A stretch of DNA of 59,255 nt from Deltaproteobacteria bacterium TL4 (GCA_051382335.1 JBBCAX010000287.1:1-59255); one strand, 5' to 3'. Shown: positions 38,870 to 51,500, counted from the first letter of the stretch. The notes: generated by a model not told the origin, from the sequence alone. Translations and numbers: made by a program.

Positions 38870-41335
38870 ATGTCGAACATAAAAGATCGGATTGAACAGG
38901 GTTTTGAAGCTTGGGGACGTTTAGTTTTTCGACATCCTTGGCTCATCGTTTTCGGAGCGCTGTTGATAACCGCGGCTCTGTATTCTCAACTTCCCAGCTT
39001 AACAATGGATGCTTCCATGGAAGGGTTTTTACACCCGAACGATCCTGTGCTCCTCAACTACAATGCCTTTCGCTCTCAATTTGGACGAGATGACGTCATT
39101 GTCGTCGCTGTCCGTCCTAAGGATGTTTTCAAACTGGACACGCTTCGGACGTTGAGATCTTTTCATAAGGAATTAGAAAAAAACGTCCCCTATTTGGATG
39201 ATATCGACAGTATCATCAATGCTCGATCGTTAAGAGGTGAAGATCAGGAACTCATTGTGGAAGAATTGATGAAAACGTTTCCTGAAACTGAAGAACAGGT
39301 TTTAGCCTTGAAGAAAAAAATATTCGCAACCCCGCCCTATGTGGGCGTCCTCATTGCGAAAGACAGTTCCCTTACCACGTTGACCTTAAGGATTCAGGCC
39401 TTTGCTGAGGGAAAAGAAAAACCTTCCGCTTTAGACGCGCTGGAAGCCCAGGAGGGGCAAGCTGAAGAAGGGGAAGAGGCCGAAGATGACGACTTGGAAT
39501 TAGACAAACTCCTGGTCCAGAAAACACCTTCCCATCGATTCATTAGACCGGAACAAAACTGGGAGGCCATGGCCGCGGTGAGGGAAATTGTCGCAAAATA
39601 TAATAAACCTGATTTTAAGATTTATGTCTCTGGCGTCCCCACTTATTCCTCAGAGTTACGTCTGTCGATGGAAAAAAATATTCCTCTCTTTTTAGGACTT
39701 TGTGTTTCAGCGATAGGGATTTTCGTCTTTTTGCTCTTACGTCGATTTATGGGCGTTATCGTTTCTTTATTTATCGTGGTTTTGTCTTTATTCGGGACAC
39801 TCAGCCTGATGGCTATTTGGGGATTTCCGATCACAATTGTCACTCAAATTCTGCCCTCCTTTTTGCTGGCTGTAGGGATTGGGGATTCAATTCATATTCT
39901 GACTATCTTCTATAAATGCTATAGTCATGGGGACAGTAAGGAGGAATCCATTGTCTATTCGGTAGGACATTCAGGAATTCCGGTGGTGATGACCAGTTTG
40001 ACTACCGCGGGCGGATTATGGTCTTTTTCTCAGGCAGAAGTGGCGCCCATTGCTGATTTGGGGACGGTCGGCGGCGGCGGCGTCATTGTCGCCATGATCT
40101 ACACGCTTGTACTCTTACCGGCTTTTCTGGCCATCCTGCCTGTGAAGCGGCATGGTTGGCTGGAAAGCAGAGATACCGTATTCAGTTCGGCGCAAAGGGT
40201 GTTAACTTTTATTGGAAATATGACGGTTCGGTTTCCATGGGTGATTATGGTTGTGACTGTCGTTGTATTGAGTTTTTCGCTTTATGCGGGAAGTACGCTT
40301 AAATTCACGCATCATCCCTTGAAATGGTTTCCTGAAAACGCGCCTTTTCGAATTGCTTCTGAAGTGGTTGATTCCAGCATGGCAGGCTCGTTGACACTGG
40401 AGTTTCTGATTGATACACGAAAGAAAAACGGGATCGACGAGCCTGAGTTTATGCGTCAATTGGAAGAACTGGGAAAACAGGTAACCCAAATGAAATTTCC
40501 TGACGGCACCCCGGTTCAGAAAACACTTTCCATCGCGGACTTGATGAAGGAAATTCATCAGGCCTTAAACGAAAATAACCCGGAATTTTATACGGTTCCG
40601 CAAACACGGGAACTGGTCACGCAGGAACTCTTCTTATTTGAAAGTAGTGGTTCTGGTGATATTAGAAACCTAATTGATGAACAACATAGCAAAGCTCGTT
40701 TTACCATTTATACCCCCAATTTGGATGCGATCAATTATGTCGATTTTTCAGCGGATGTTGAAAAACTGTTCCGTTCCATTCTGGGGCCTGAGGATGACAT
40801 CATCCTGACAGGAATCGCTCGTCTGGTTCAGGAAACCGCCTTTGTTTCTGTAAAAAGTATGGCCGAAAGTTATGTGATTTCCATCTTTGCCATCACCTCA
40901 CTGATGATCCTGTTTTTGGGCAGTATCAAGATCGGTCTGATCAGCATGATTCCCAATATTTTTCCGATTATATTCATGCTTGCCGTCATTAACCTCTTCG
41001 ACTTTCCACTCGATTTATTTACCTTACTCATCGGCAGTATCGCCATGGGGCTGGTCGTCGATGATACGATTCATTTTATGCATGGGTTTCATCGTTACCT
41101 GGATCAAGCGGATAATTACCATTACGCGATTCACAGTACACTTCAATATACGGGGAGGGCCATGCTCTATACAACGCTGATCCTGACTTCAGGCTTTTTA
41201 GTTTACACCACCTCCGCTTGGAATAATTTATTTAATTTTGGCTTATTGAGCGCTTTGTGTCTCATCGTCGCCTTGTTCGCGGATCTTTTTATCTCACCAG
41301 CGCTTATGCGACTGATTTACCATGATAAAGAATAA
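38870..41335 (+). CDS. MMPL/RND family transporter
   Basis: Two membrane halves with GIGDSIH and GLVVDDTIH motifs; ATG 38870 follows AAGGAG. Confidence 0.88.
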   Translation: MSNIKDRIEQGFEAWGRLVFRHPWLIVFGALLITAALYSQLPSLTMDASMEGFLHPNDPVLLNYNAFRSQFGRDDVIVVAVRPKDVFKLDTLRTLRSFHKELEKNVPYLDDIDSIINARSLRGEDQELIVEELMKTFPETEEQVLALKKKIFATPPYVGVLIAKDSSLTTLTLRIQAFAEGKEKPSALDALEAQEGQAEEGEEAEDDDLELDKLLVQKTPSHRFIRPEQNWEAMAAVREIVAKYNKPDFKIYVSGVPTYSSELRLSMEKNIPLFLGLCVSAIGIFVFLLLRRFMGVIVSLFIVVLSLFGTLSLMAIWGFPITIVTQILPSFLLAVGIGDSIHILTIFYKCYSHGDSKEESIVYSVGHSGIPVVMTSLTTAGGLWSFSQAEVAPIADLGTVGGGGVIVAMIYTLVLLPAFLAILPVKRHGWLESRDTVFSSAQRVLTFIGNMTVRFPWVIMVVTVVVLSFSLYAGSTLKFTHHPLKWFPENAPFRIASEVVDSSMAGSLTLEFLIDTRKKNGIDEPEFMRQLEELGKQVTQMKFPDGTPVQKTLSIADLMKEIHQALNENNPEFYTVPQTRELVTQELFLFESSGSGDIRNLIDEQHSKARFTIYTPNLDAINYVDFSADVEKLFRSILGPEDDIILTGIARLVQETAFVSVKSMAESYVISIFAITSLMILFLGSIKIGLISMIPNIFPIIFMLAVINLFDFPLDLFTLLIGSIAMGLVVDDTIHFMHGFHRYLDQADNYHYAIHSTLQYTGRAMLYTTLILTSGFLVYTTSAWNNLFNFGLLSALCLIVALFADLFISPALMRLIYHDKE

Positions 41336-41370
41336 TTACGCCTTTGCCGTGTTTCATTTCTGAGCTTGTT

Positions 41371-42351
41371 ATGAAAGACTTTAACCAAATATTAAAATCA
41401 GACCAGAAAAAAGGACAAGATCTCCTGAGTCCTCAGGACAAGAGGGGTGATTCCAATAAAAGTTCGAGTTCGTTTAACGATCCCCGAGAACAGGTCCTTC
41501 CGTTTCCTTCCTTTCAAAGCGCGTTTTTTCATGCGGGGCAATTGCAGGGAACGACACCTTCTGTTGATTTTTTGGTCGATGATTTTTTACCCACACCGAT
41601 TGTCGGGAAGGTTTCCTCAACCGAAGACGCGGGGAAAACATGGTTTCTCATGCAAGTCGCCATTGCGATTTCAAGTGGCTATCCCTTTTTGGGACGACCT
41701 GTTGGCGAACCTGCGAATGTGATGATGTTGATTGGAGAAGAGGATCAAGATGATGTGCACCGGAGATTAAACGCGGTTCGGAGTTATTATTTAAAACCGG
41801 ACGCTACTGATATTTTTCAGACGCCGATCAGCAGCCGGCAACTTTTATTGTTAGATCACAATCTTGAATTTGCCTGTTTGAGCGGGTTGAACATCCAGCT
41901 ACGTCCTGGACGTGTGGATCGTGAGAATTTCTACGATTATCTCAGACAACGAATCATCGAGTTTCCCGTAAGGCCCAAACTCCTGATCTTGGATCCTGTC
42001 CACCGATTTTTTGATGGAGATGAATCCCGTCTTCAGGACACAACCCGGTTCCTGACACTCTTGGAGTCCATCAAAAACTTAGGCATGAGTGTCCTGTTCG
42101 CCCATCGTTCCCGGAACAACTTTGAATCTAATAACCCCAAAAACACAGAAGAATTACGCAGTTATTTTGGCATCCGATGGCGGTTTATGCTTTCCGTTGA
42201 TAACGCTTCGGTGGACGAAGGAACGTTGGACTCCAACGTATCCCGAACTTTGTCAGGCAAGATCACTCAGTGCAATAAATTTCAACCCAGGCAGCAATAC
42301 TTTAAGTTGAAACAACACCGAACCGGTCCTATTTTCTGTGTCCCCTCCTGA
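41371..42351 (+). CDS. AAA_25 / RSF1010 RepA-like P-loop protein
   Basis: DFLVDDFLP, AGKTW, GEED...VHRRL, LLILDP, DE and LFAH. Confidence 0.65.
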   Translation: MKDFNQILKSDQKKGQDLLSPQDKRGDSNKSSSSFNDPREQVLPFPSFQSAFFHAGQLQGTTPSVDFLVDDFLPTPIVGKVSSTEDAGKTWFLMQVAIAISSGYPFLGRPVGEPANVMMLIGEEDQDDVHRRLNAVRSYYLKPDATDIFQTPISSRQLLLLDHNLEFACLSGLNIQLRPGRVDRENFYDYLRQRIIEFPVRPKLLILDPVHRFFDGDESRLQDTTRFLTLLESIKNLGMSVLFAHRSRNNFESNNPKNTEELRSYFGIRWRFMLSVDNASVDEGTLDSNVSRTLSGKITQCNKFQPRQQYFKLKQHRTGPIFCVPS

Positions 42352-42409
42352 GGCTTTCTGCCGCCACTTTTCGACTTCCTGTCTGATCAGAGACAGGCGG
42401 CAAAGGCAC

Positions 42410-43258
42410 TTATTTGACTTTATCGCTCTGTGTTTCTCCGCGTTCTTTGCGACTCTGAGTTAAAGAATGCTTTTTCTGTTGAGAGGCCATTCTCATCAGG
42501 ATCCCCATACCTAAAAGTATGAGGGGCAAGCTTAAAAGCTGTCCCATATTCAAAGGTAAGGTCTGTTCAAAAGCGGAGTGACTTTCCTTAAAAAATTCTA
42601 CCACAAAGCGAAGGACAAAGACACTTGTCAAAAAAATACCTAATAGCCCTCCAGGTGGAGTTTCCCCTTTTCTTTTTAGATAGTAGGCTCGCATTATGAA
42701 GAAGATCGTGAGATATCCGATCGCTTCATAAATTTGAGTGGGATGTCTTGGCAAGAGATCAACCCTTGTAAAAATAAAGGCCCAGGGAACCTCAGTCGGT
42801 TTACCGATAATTTCTGAATTCAGTAAATTCCCCATCCGGATGATTGCGCCTGCGCAGGGAACGACAAGGGCGCCCCGATCCAGGAGCCAGAGTAGACTGA
42901 ATTGTGGATGCCGTTGGGAATAGAGCCCAAACGCGATCATCATCCCTACCCCGGAACCATGACTGGCCATTCCGCCCTGCTTCCAAAATTTCAAGATTTG
43001 AAGTGGGTTTTCAATAAAAACCTGAGGTTGGTAAAAAAGATAATGTCCCAGCCGGGCCCCGACAAAGGTGCCGATAATCCCAAAAAGTACAAATTCATCT
43101 AAATATTGCTCTTTGTGTTCCACTTTGAATAACCACCACAACAACAGGTAGCCCACTGCCAAAGCGAGGGTCCAGGATAACCCGTACCAACGTATCGCGA
43201 GATTTCCGAATTGAAACGCGACGGGATGAACATCCCAAAGGAGATAACTTGATTTCAT
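42410..43258 (-). CDS. lgt: Prolipoprotein diacylglyceryl transferase
   Basis: IRWYG, GARLGH, GGMASHG, RMGNLLNSEIIG, RHPTQIYE and MGQLLS. Confidence 0.95.
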   Translation of the reverse strand: MKSSYLLWDVHPVAFQFGNLAIRWYGLSWTLALAVGYLLLWWLFKVEHKEQYLDEFVLFGIIGTFVGARLGHYLFYQPQVFIENPLQILKFWKQGGMASHGSGVGMMIAFGLYSQRHPQFSLLWLLDRGALVVPCAGAIIRMGNLLNSEIIGKPTEVPWAFIFTRVDLLPRHPTQIYEAIGYLTIFFIMRAYYLKRKGETPPGGLLGIFLTSVFVLRFVVEFFKESHSAFEQTLPLNMGQLLSLPLILLGMGILMRMASQQKKHSLTQSRKERGETQSDKVK

Positions 43259-43352
43259 ATTTCTTACCTGAATAGGGTTCTGTAATTCAAAAGGGGTAAA
43301 CGTGCTTAGGATTATTTCTTGATTATTTCAAAAGAATGTTTAAGGTGCCCCT

Positions 43353-44003
43353 ATGTCTCGAAAAAAACCAACACACGAAATTTTAAATCTGGATTCATTG
43401 GTCGATATTGTTTCCAATAATGTCGGGATTTTAGTCATACTTGCCGTTTTTATGGCAATCATTTCACTTTATACCCCACCTCAGGAAGATACAGCCTCAG
43501 AAGAAAAATCAACTCAGGAATCCACAAAGAAAATCATTATTCCCTGGTCCCACAATAGCCAAAAGTCAAGCATCCTTTTTGCGATTAGAAAAAATCGTCT
43601 GGTTTACCTGGACCGCTATCCCCTTTACCAGCAGTTAAAAGCACAACTTTCCCAAACCGCAAGTCCGTCGAATTCAATCAAACTTGAAGAAGTTACCATC
43701 AAATTAACACCGATAACGAGTTATTCGCACTGTATTGAATTTTTCATCCGACCCAATGCTGGGAAATGGTGGCCCCAATTAATACGCGATAACGGAAAAT
43801 TGAGTCAGCTTTTAGCAGAAAACTCGCCTAACGAAAATTACTTTTTCTTTTGGGTGGATGCCGGTAGTTTTGAGTTGTTTACCGAGATACGGCACTATTT
43901 GCAGGAACGACATTTTGAAGTGGGTTGGAAACCCATTACTGAAAACTCCCCCCTTCATTACTGTACCGATATTTCACGGTCAAAAAGTTTTCAACCCCAG
44001 TGA
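43353..44003 (+). CDS. Hypothetical membrane-anchored protein with ExbD-like N-terminal helix
   Basis: NLDSLVDIVSNNVGILVILAVF single TM segment. Confidence 0.55.
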   Translation: MSRKKPTHEILNLDSLVDIVSNNVGILVILAVFMAIISLYTPPQEDTASEEKSTQESTKKIIIPWSHNSQKSSILFAIRKNRLVYLDRYPLYQQLKAQLSQTASPSNSIKLEEVTIKLTPITSYSHCIEFFIRPNAGKWWPQLIRDNGKLSQLLAENSPNENYFFFWVDAGSFELFTEIRHYLQERHFEVGWKPITENSPLHYCTDISRSKSFQPQ

Positions 44004-44024
44004 CTTTGAGGATTTATAAAAAAC

Positions 44025-45722
44025 TCACTGGGTTTGAGACGGATCCATGTATTGAAAACCAAGCAGCGTGACATCATCGCTCTGAGGCGTTTCTTCAGCA
44101 AAGGTTCTGATTTCCTCTAAAAGTTGAGCCATCAGTGCGTGGACATCAGACTGCTGGTATTGTTTCAGGAAGTGAAGCACGCGAGCCATACCAAATTGCT
44201 CTGCTTTAGCATTTTCCCACTCTATAATGCCATCCGTAAAAACAATAATTTTATCTTCATGAACCAGTTGGTGGCTGGTTTCAATAAAGGGAACAGGCTC
44301 ATCGGCAAACATACCCAGGGGGCATCCGCCTATTTGAAACAAAAGCGGGTCTGAACCATCCGCGGGAAGAATGATCAAGGGATAGTGTCCTGCGTTGGAT
44401 AGTTTTAATTCACCGCCAGGGGTGATCCGGAAATAGAGTCCGGTCATGGCTCCGCCTGTTTCCCGGAGAGCCAACAACGCATTCAGTCGGCGCAACACGG
44501 TATCAGTCGGTAAATCCGCTCTTAAATCTCCTAAGCCAATGGTAATCATCATCGTCATGAATGCGGCCGCAACCCCATGTCCCGTTGCATCCCCAATAAA
44601 AATATTCAAGGCCCCTTCCCGGTTATAATAGATTTCATAAATGTCTCCCGAAACTTTACCATAAGGGAGATAGTGTGGATTTATTTTTAAGAAAGCGAGA
44701 TCTTTAAAACTGGGTAAGGTCGCTCGTTGAAATTCTGCGGCTAAATCAAGTTCTTTCTGAGTTTGTTGATAAAGACTGGTGATTTCCTGCTCCTTTTTTA
44801 AGGAATCTTCATACAGAGACGCATTTTCAAAATGATGGGATAAACTATGAGCCAAATTTTCCAGGAAAAACTGATCACTTTGATTGAAGCGGTTAGAGGG
44901 ACTATAATGCGAAATATTGATGAGTCCAATCGATTTTCGCTTGGAAATCAGCGGGATTACCATTTGCTGAACAATTTCGCGTCCACGATGTATTCTTAAC
45001 GTTCCCTCCGTTTGAAACTTCTTGAGTTCTTTTCTTTCAAAAATTTTGCTTCGTTGGGAAACAAAAACTTCATAAGTGTAAAGGGTCTCCGCGGATAATT
45101 TGACTCGAAAGCGTTTTGCGTGTTCCGAATCCAAACCGTAGCTCGCGTAGATCTCAAGGTAATCATCCTTGCCATTGTGCAAAAGAATAGAACCGGAACC
45201 ATCGGGTCTTAAGGCATTAACGGTTCTTTCAATAAAAATCTGTGTTGCCTGATCTAATTCCAGGTAGCTACTGACCTCACGCGTAATTTCATTAATCGTG
45301 TAGAGGTCCTGCTGGTTTTTTTTCAGGGACTCACTTCGTTGGTGAGCACGCTGTTCCAGTTCATAATTCAATTTTATTAACTGGTCGTTCGCTTCTTGTC
45401 TCTTCAAGTCGGCCAGTTTGAGTTCCTGAATATTATTTCGCCCAAGAGACAAAATGGTATAGAGGAACAAAGAACCTGCTCCTAAAATAAAACCGATCAG
45501 GAGGATGAATTCTTGAGTATGGTGTCGCCAAAGCAGAAAGCTTACACAGGAATACGTTAAAAAGAAAAACACCAAAAACAGAAGGATGATTTTCCATATT
45601 TTTAGAGATTTCTCACCCTTAAGCCAATTTAGAACGGGGAAGGTTTGTACAATAGATAAACCGATAATCCCTGCTCCCGTAAAAAACAGAAACAGGCTGA
45701 TGCTTTCATAAATAGACAACAT
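44025..45722 (-). CDS. Membrane protein with GAF and SpoIIE (PP2C) phosphatase domains
   Basis: Three TM helices; GAF (VIPL...IGLINI...RF); SGDIY, GDATGHG, FTDG and DDVT. Confidence 0.88.
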   Translation of the reverse strand: MLSIYESISLFLFFTGAGIIGLSIVQTFPVLNWLKGEKSLKIWKIILLFLVFFFLTYSCVSFLLWRHHTQEFILLIGFILGAGSLFLYTILSLGRNNIQELKLADLKRQEANDQLIKLNYELEQRAHQRSESLKKNQQDLYTINEITREVSSYLELDQATQIFIERTVNALRPDGSGSILLHNGKDDYLEIYASYGLDSEHAKRFRVKLSAETLYTYEVFVSQRSKIFERKELKKFQTEGTLRIHRGREIVQQMVIPLISKRKSIGLINISHYSPSNRFNQSDQFFLENLAHSLSHHFENASLYEDSLKKEQEITSLYQQTQKELDLAAEFQRATLPSFKDLAFLKINPHYLPYGKVSGDIYEIYYNREGALNIFIGDATGHGVAAAFMTMMITIGLGDLRADLPTDTVLRRLNALLALRETGGAMTGLYFRITPGGELKLSNAGHYPLIILPADGSDPLLFQIGGCPLGMFADEPVPFIETSHQLVHEDKIIVFTDGIIEWENAKAEQFGMARVLHFLKQYQQSDVHALMAQLLEEIRTFAEETPQSDDVTLLGFQYMDPSQTQ

Positions 45723-46104
45723 ATCAAAAACAATCGGGTAAAAAAAAGTTTCCGTTCCAAGTAAGGTAACCCCCCGCCAGAGTTGATATTTAGCTCTTAT
45801 CCTAATAGTTAACAGTCAAAATAGAATAAGCCAACACCTAATTTTAAATTTTTTCTGTTAATGGAATTAAGAACTCAGGTCAACTCCGAACTTGAGTTCG
45901 GAATTCAATTTCAAAAAAATTACAGACAAACCAATCACTCAGCATGGCCTTGAAACCCCAGACTTCTCCTTATTTTTTAAATTTTGATTTCTTTCATTAC
46001 GAGGCATTTTATGTGCATCAAACCTCTCTAAAAGCATTCCAATAGACTTGTTACGGAAGCATTAATTTCTTTTATATCAATTTGTTGGAAAAACAGGGAG
46101 AGGG

Positions 46105-46308
46105 ATGTTACTCATTTTTATCGAACAAGTGTTTGTTGCTTGTATTCAATTGATTTTAATTGTTCTGCTCGCCTTGCCCACTACAGTCTTTGTCGTGTTG
46201 GGTCTTAAGTGGACAGAGAAGTACCAAAAGTTTCGCAAGGAACTCCTTCGTAAGCGAAAATTACAAATCAAGCGCTTTAATGAACAGAAAGATCCGTTGT
46301 GTTTTTGA
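46105..46308 (+). CDS. Small hypothetical membrane protein
   Basis: GGAGAGG RBS before ATG; hydrophobic N-terminus and basic tail. Confidence 0.45.
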   Translation: MLLIFIEQVFVACIQLILIVLLALPTTVFVVLGLKWTEKYQKFRKELLRKRKLQIKRFNEQKDPLCF

Positions 46309-46324
46309 CCAAGACTTCGCTTGG

Positions 46325-46582
46325 TTATCGCATGACAAGTTTCTGTGCGGCAGCAATGCGTTTCAATTTTTTCATCAGCATACTGGTGTTATGAGCCCGT
46401 CCTGATTTTAAAATACGGTCAATTTTATTGATTTCTGTTTTGAACAAATTGTTGAGCTCTTCTTTTGAGTTGTCAAAAACTTCCAACAGCACTTCGACCA
46501 TTTTGTTGGGCTCAAGAGCCTGCCAGTTATGAGGAATGGCGGATATTCCTTGATTTTCAGAAGATTTATTGGGTTCTGCCAC
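46325..46582 (-). CDS. Hypothetical protein
   Basis: 85-aa ORF downstream of glnS on the same strand. Confidence 0.5.
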   Translation of the reverse strand: MAEPNKSSENQGISAIPHNWQALEPNKMVEVLLEVFDNSKEELNNLFKTEINKIDRILKSGRAHNTSMLMKKLKRIAAAQKLVMR

Positions 46583-46637
46583 AATCAGTTATATTTTTTA
46601 GATTTAAAAATTAGAGGCTCCCAAGCCATTTGAAACC

Positions 46638-48320
46638 TTAGGATTTTTCCATTTTAGACCAGGAATCTCTGAGGGTCACGATCCGGTTAAAGACCAAATG
46701 ACTTTGGGAAGAACTCTTGGCATCAATCATGAAATACCCCTGCCTCTCAAATTGATATTGCACCTGAGGCAGCGCGTCGGCGAGAGTGGGTTCCAGTTGC
46801 GCGTTCTTTATTATTTCCAAAGAATGGGGATTCAAAAAAGATTTATAATCCGCTTCTTCTTGATCTCCATCAGGAATCGCCTTAATAAACAAACGATCAT
46901 ATTGTCGGATTTCCGCAGAAATCGCGTGCGCGGAAGAAACCCAATGAATGATCCCCTTTACTTTTCGTCCGTCAGAGGATTTTCCCCCCTTGGACAAGGG
47001 ATCATAGGTGCATCGCAGTTCAACGATTTCGCCAGTGGTTTCCTCCTTGATCACCTGGTGGCATTGAATCAAATAAGCATACCGTAACCGCACCTCCCGC
47101 CCCAAAGCCAAACGGAAGAAATTTTTAGGAGGCTCTTCCATGAAGTCTTCTTTTTCAATATATAAGACCTTCGAAAAGGGAACCTTTCGTGTTCCCTTGC
47201 TTTCATCTTTGGGATGATTATGGGCCTCGAGTTCTTCGGTTTGGTTTTCAGGGTAGTTGTCAATGACCACTTTTAGAGGATTCAAGACCCCCATCGCACG
47301 AGGCGCACACTTGTCCAAATCTTCACGAAGGCAATCTTCCAGAAGCGTCATCGTGGTATTACTTTCACTCTTGGAGATCCCAACCCGGTTACAGAAGTTT
47401 TGAATCGAAGCCGGTGTATAACCGCGCCGACGCAAACCGGAAATAGTCGGCATCCGTGGATCATCCCATCCCTCTACATAGTTTTGTACCACCAGTTCAT
47501 TCAGTTTCCTTTTGCTGGTGACTGTGTACTCCAGAAATAAACGGGAAAATTCAATTTGTTGAGGACGATTCTCCGTCGAGAGTGTTTCCAGAAACCAATC
47601 ATATAACGGACGATGGTCTTCAAATTCCAAGGTACAGAGCGAGTGAGTGATTCCTTCAAGCGCATCGCACAGGCAATGCGTGAAATCATACATGGGATAA
47701 ATACACCATTGATCTCCAGTCCGATGATGGGTAGAATGCCTGATCCTATAAATAGCGGGATCCCGCATGTTTATATTGGGCGAGGACATATCGATTTTTG
47801 CTCGTAAAACATACATTCCATCAGCAAACTCTCCTGAACGCATCCGTTCAAAAAGCGCTAAATTTTCTTCCACGCCCCGATCCCGATAAGGACTTTCTTT
47901 ACCAGGCTCCGTTAAAGTCCCCCGGTATTGTCGAATTTCTTCCGCGTTTAGGCCGCATATATACGCTTTACCCCTTTGTATTAAGGTTGTCGCGTATTGA
48001 TACAATTGTTCAAAATAGTCTGACGCATACGTCAAGTGATGCCCCCAATCAAAACCCAACCATTTGACGTTCTCCTTGATGGACTCTACATATTCCACGC
48101 TCTCTTTATCAGGATTTGTATCATCAAACCTTAAGTAACAGTGACCGTTGTAATCCGCGGCAATGCCAAAATTCAGACAAATAGACTTTGCATGACCTAT
48201 ATGGAGGTAACCATTGGGTTCCGGAGGAAAACGGGTCATCACCCGTCCCCCGTATTTATGGGTTTCCAAGTCTTTATCGATGATGTTGCGTATAAAATTA
48301 GTCGAAATGATGTCGCTCAT
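46638..48320 (-). CDS. glnS: Glutamine--tRNA ligase
   Basis: [38 protein letters not shown] and QFERQGYF; start at ATG 48320. Confidence 0.96.
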   Translation of the reverse strand: MSDIISTNFIRNIIDKDLETHKYGGRVMTRFPPEPNGYLHIGHAKSICLNFGIAADYNGHCYLRFDDTNPDKESVEYVESIKENVKWLGFDWGHHLTYASDYFEQLYQYATTLIQRGKAYICGLNAEEIRQYRGTLTEPGKESPYRDRGVEENLALFERMRSGEFADGMYVLRAKIDMSSPNINMRDPAIYRIRHSTHHRTGDQWCIYPMYDFTHCLCDALEGITHSLCTLEFEDHRPLYDWFLETLSTENRPQQIEFSRLFLEYTVTSKRKLNELVVQNYVEGWDDPRMPTISGLRRRGYTPASIQNFCNRVGISKSESNTTMTLLEDCLREDLDKCAPRAMGVLNPLKVVIDNYPENQTEELEAHNHPKDESKGTRKVPFSKVLYIEKEDFMEEPPKNFFRLALGREVRLRYAYLIQCHQVIKEETTGEIVELRCTYDPLSKGGKSSDGRKVKGIIHWVSSAHAISAEIRQYDRLFIKAIPDGDQEEADYKSFLNPHSLEIIKNAQLEPTLADALPQVQYQFERQGYFMIDAKSSSQSHLVFNRIVTLRDSWSKMEKS

Positions 48321-48597
48321 TTGATATCCGTATTGAATGATAAGTAAGACAGAGTATTCATTTTCTAGTCTAGGGAACAACGGGAGGTGCGTTTTAATTG
48401 CTGGAGGAATTTTTTTCCAGAAACCGGATCACCAAGTGTTGATCTTTTACTACCATTATTGTGGGGCTTCAAGCCATTACTCAAGATCCCTCCAACTAAA
48501 AATCAATGGTGTCCTGATAACTGCTGGCAAGTGTTCATCAAAGATCACCAGCCGTTTTAGCTGAAGTGCAACAAGAAGGGGACCCTTTTGAAGTGTT

Positions 48598-51500
48598 TCA
48601 ACGGATTCGTCCGACTACCAAGGTAATATCATCTTCAGAAGGTTGCTTTCCACAAAAGTCTTTGACCATTTCCACAATACGATCGCGTATTTGCGCTGCG
48701 GTTAAATCCTCACTGTCACTCAACACGGCTTTGAGTCTTTTAGAGCCAACGGGGCGACCTTTTTCGTTGTAGTTTTCGATGAGTCCGTCGGTATACCATA
48801 AAATAACATCATCTTTTTGTAAGGACAGTGTTTTATATTTATATTGGGTATTGTGATAGTAGCCTAAGGGGCTTGAGGGAACCGCCGCTTCATAAATGGC
48901 ACGTTGGGAGGATCGCTCATTGCGGAAAATATTAAATTTTTCACGCCTCCAAATATAACAGGGGTTATGCCCCGCACTTGAATAAACCAACATTTTATTT
49001 TTGAGATCAAGGGCACTATAGAAAAAGGTCATGGCATAGGCTTTATTGGTTGTGGTATAAATCAGATTACTGAGAAGTTCTAAAAAGTAAGAGGGATGAA
49101 TAAATTGGGAACGTAACTCATCAACTACCAATTTATGATAGTGTTCTTCCAGGGAGTGATAGACACTGCCACACATTGCGGTAATCAAGGCTGAAGGGAC
49201 ACCATGTCCGGTCACATCGCCAATCAGGACATCGAGTCGTTGGATATCGCGGTAGTAGTGATAATCGTACCAGTCTCCGCCGGTTTCAGAGGCAGATTGA
49301 TAAAAACTCGCGATATCAATTTCCGCTAACTCCGGATCCGCTTTGGGTAAAAAAAGTTGTTGTACGGTTTGCGCTGTTTGCAGTTCCAATTTTTGGCGCT
49401 CAGCGTCTCTAAGCGAATGGGCGGCTTCTTTGAGTTTCAAATGCATTTGAACACGGGAGAGGAGTTCATCTTTATGGAAAGGTTTGATTAAATAGTCATT
49501 GGCTCCTGATCTGAACCCTTCAACTAAATCAAGCACCTGATTTTTGGCGGTCAGCATAATAATCGGCAGAGCAATACCACTATGCTGTTCCCGAATTTTT
49601 TGACAAACCTCGTAGCCATTCATCCGCGGCATCATGATATCCAACAGGACCAGATCCGGTTGCTGCTCGGAAAGAACCTCTAAAGCCTGAAAACCATTAT
49701 AGGTACTCAAAACGTTATAACCATGAAGTTGCAGTTGATTCTTCAAGACTTGTACATTGATCATTTCATCATCAACAACCAGGATAGTACCGTTCCCGGA
49801 ACTTTCTTTACTTTCAAAAAAAGAAAGGTTTTCTCCTTCCTTAAAAGCACCTTGCGCTTGATTTTTTTGACCTGTATTCAGATCCCACGCCGTGTTGAAG
49901 TTGTCGTTTTCATGCGGTTCTTTGTGTGAGGTGTGAGTGGGGGAATTTAAGGCGCGTTGGTCTTGGCACACCGGAAGTTCAAAAGAAAACGTTGAACCTT
50001 TACCCTCTTCGCTTTCAACGTGAATCGTACTTCCGTGCAATTCCACCAACTGTTTCGTCACGGCTAATCCTAAGCCGGTTCCTCCATATATCCTTGAGGT
50101 GGAACCGTCAGCCTGTTCAAATAATTGAAAAATGCGTTCTTGTTGTGCTTTGGAAATACCAATCCCCGTATCGGCGATGGAAATTAAGATGGAGTTGGTC
50201 CGTTGTTCTGCCGATAGGGTTATTTTCCCCTCATGGGTAAACTTGACAGCATTTCCTACTAAATTGAGGAGGATTTGCTGTAACCGGTTTTCATCCGCCT
50301 CAATCAGGGGTAAATTATCAGGGATCTGGTTGAGGAGTTGAAGTTGTTTTTGAGCAGTCAGGTGAGAAGCTAAGGTTAAAACAAGATCGGTTATGCTTTT
50401 TATATCAACCGCTTTAATTTGAAGCTGAAGTTCATGATGTTTCATTTTTGAGAAATCAAGGATATCATTCACCAAATTGGCAAGACGTTTTCCACTTTGG
50501 ACGATCATCTGTAAATTGGCGGCTTGTCCCGACGTAATGGCTCCTGCCGCTCCATCAATCAGAGATTCTCCTAAGCCTATGATGCCATTTAACGGGGTTC
50601 TGAGCTCATGAGAGGTATTGGCTAAAAATTCATCTTTCATGCGGTCGGCTTCTTTGAGTTTGTCTAACGCGTCTCTAAGTTCTTGAGTTTGTTCCGCGAC
50701 CTTGTGTTCCAGCGAGGCGTTAACCTGTTTTATTTCTTCATTCACCCGTGCTACTTCCTGATGTGCGATTTCAAGCTGCGTCTGCTTTTCTAAAACCGCA
50801 TCATAAGCGTGCTTGGTTTCCTTCACTAATCTCGCATTATTAATTGCGGTAGCAATTTGTATCATATAACGTTGAATTTTGAGAATCTCAGGGTCTGTTA
50901 AAATAAAAGGCTTCTTGCTGTTTCCGAAAATAACTTCACCAATTACTTTATTTTGAATTTCCAAAGGGTAAAACACATAAGATTGGCACAAGGTAATTTG
51001 ATGAAGTTCACGATCGTGTTCTTCAAAAAACTCAACCAACTCTGGTGTGATTGGAGAAACATAACAGGGTTCATTGTTGAGCACTGTTTTTATACACCAA
51101 CTGTTTTCATCATGAAGCGACATACGGATTTTCTCTACTCTTTTGATGGTCTCTTCCGAGACATCTCTGCCATAGTATTTGGATAAATAGAGTTCTTGTT
51201 TTTGCTCATCTATCAACAAAATTCCAATTTGGTTGAAGTCAATGATATCCTGTAACAAAACCATCAGTTGTCGAATGACGGCATCCAAGTCCAGTGTCGT
51301 ATTTACCGCTTGAACCAATTGGTTGATATGCAGGATTTCTTGTTCCTTAAGCTTTGAATCTTCCAGCGCTTCGGAGAGGGCATGCGTTCTTTCTTGAACT
51401 TTTGATTCCAAACTTTGAATCAAGTTTATGTTTTGAATATAGGGCCCCAAGGCCATGGTCAATTGGTATAAGAAGGCTTGTTCTACTTTTGTATAGGCTG

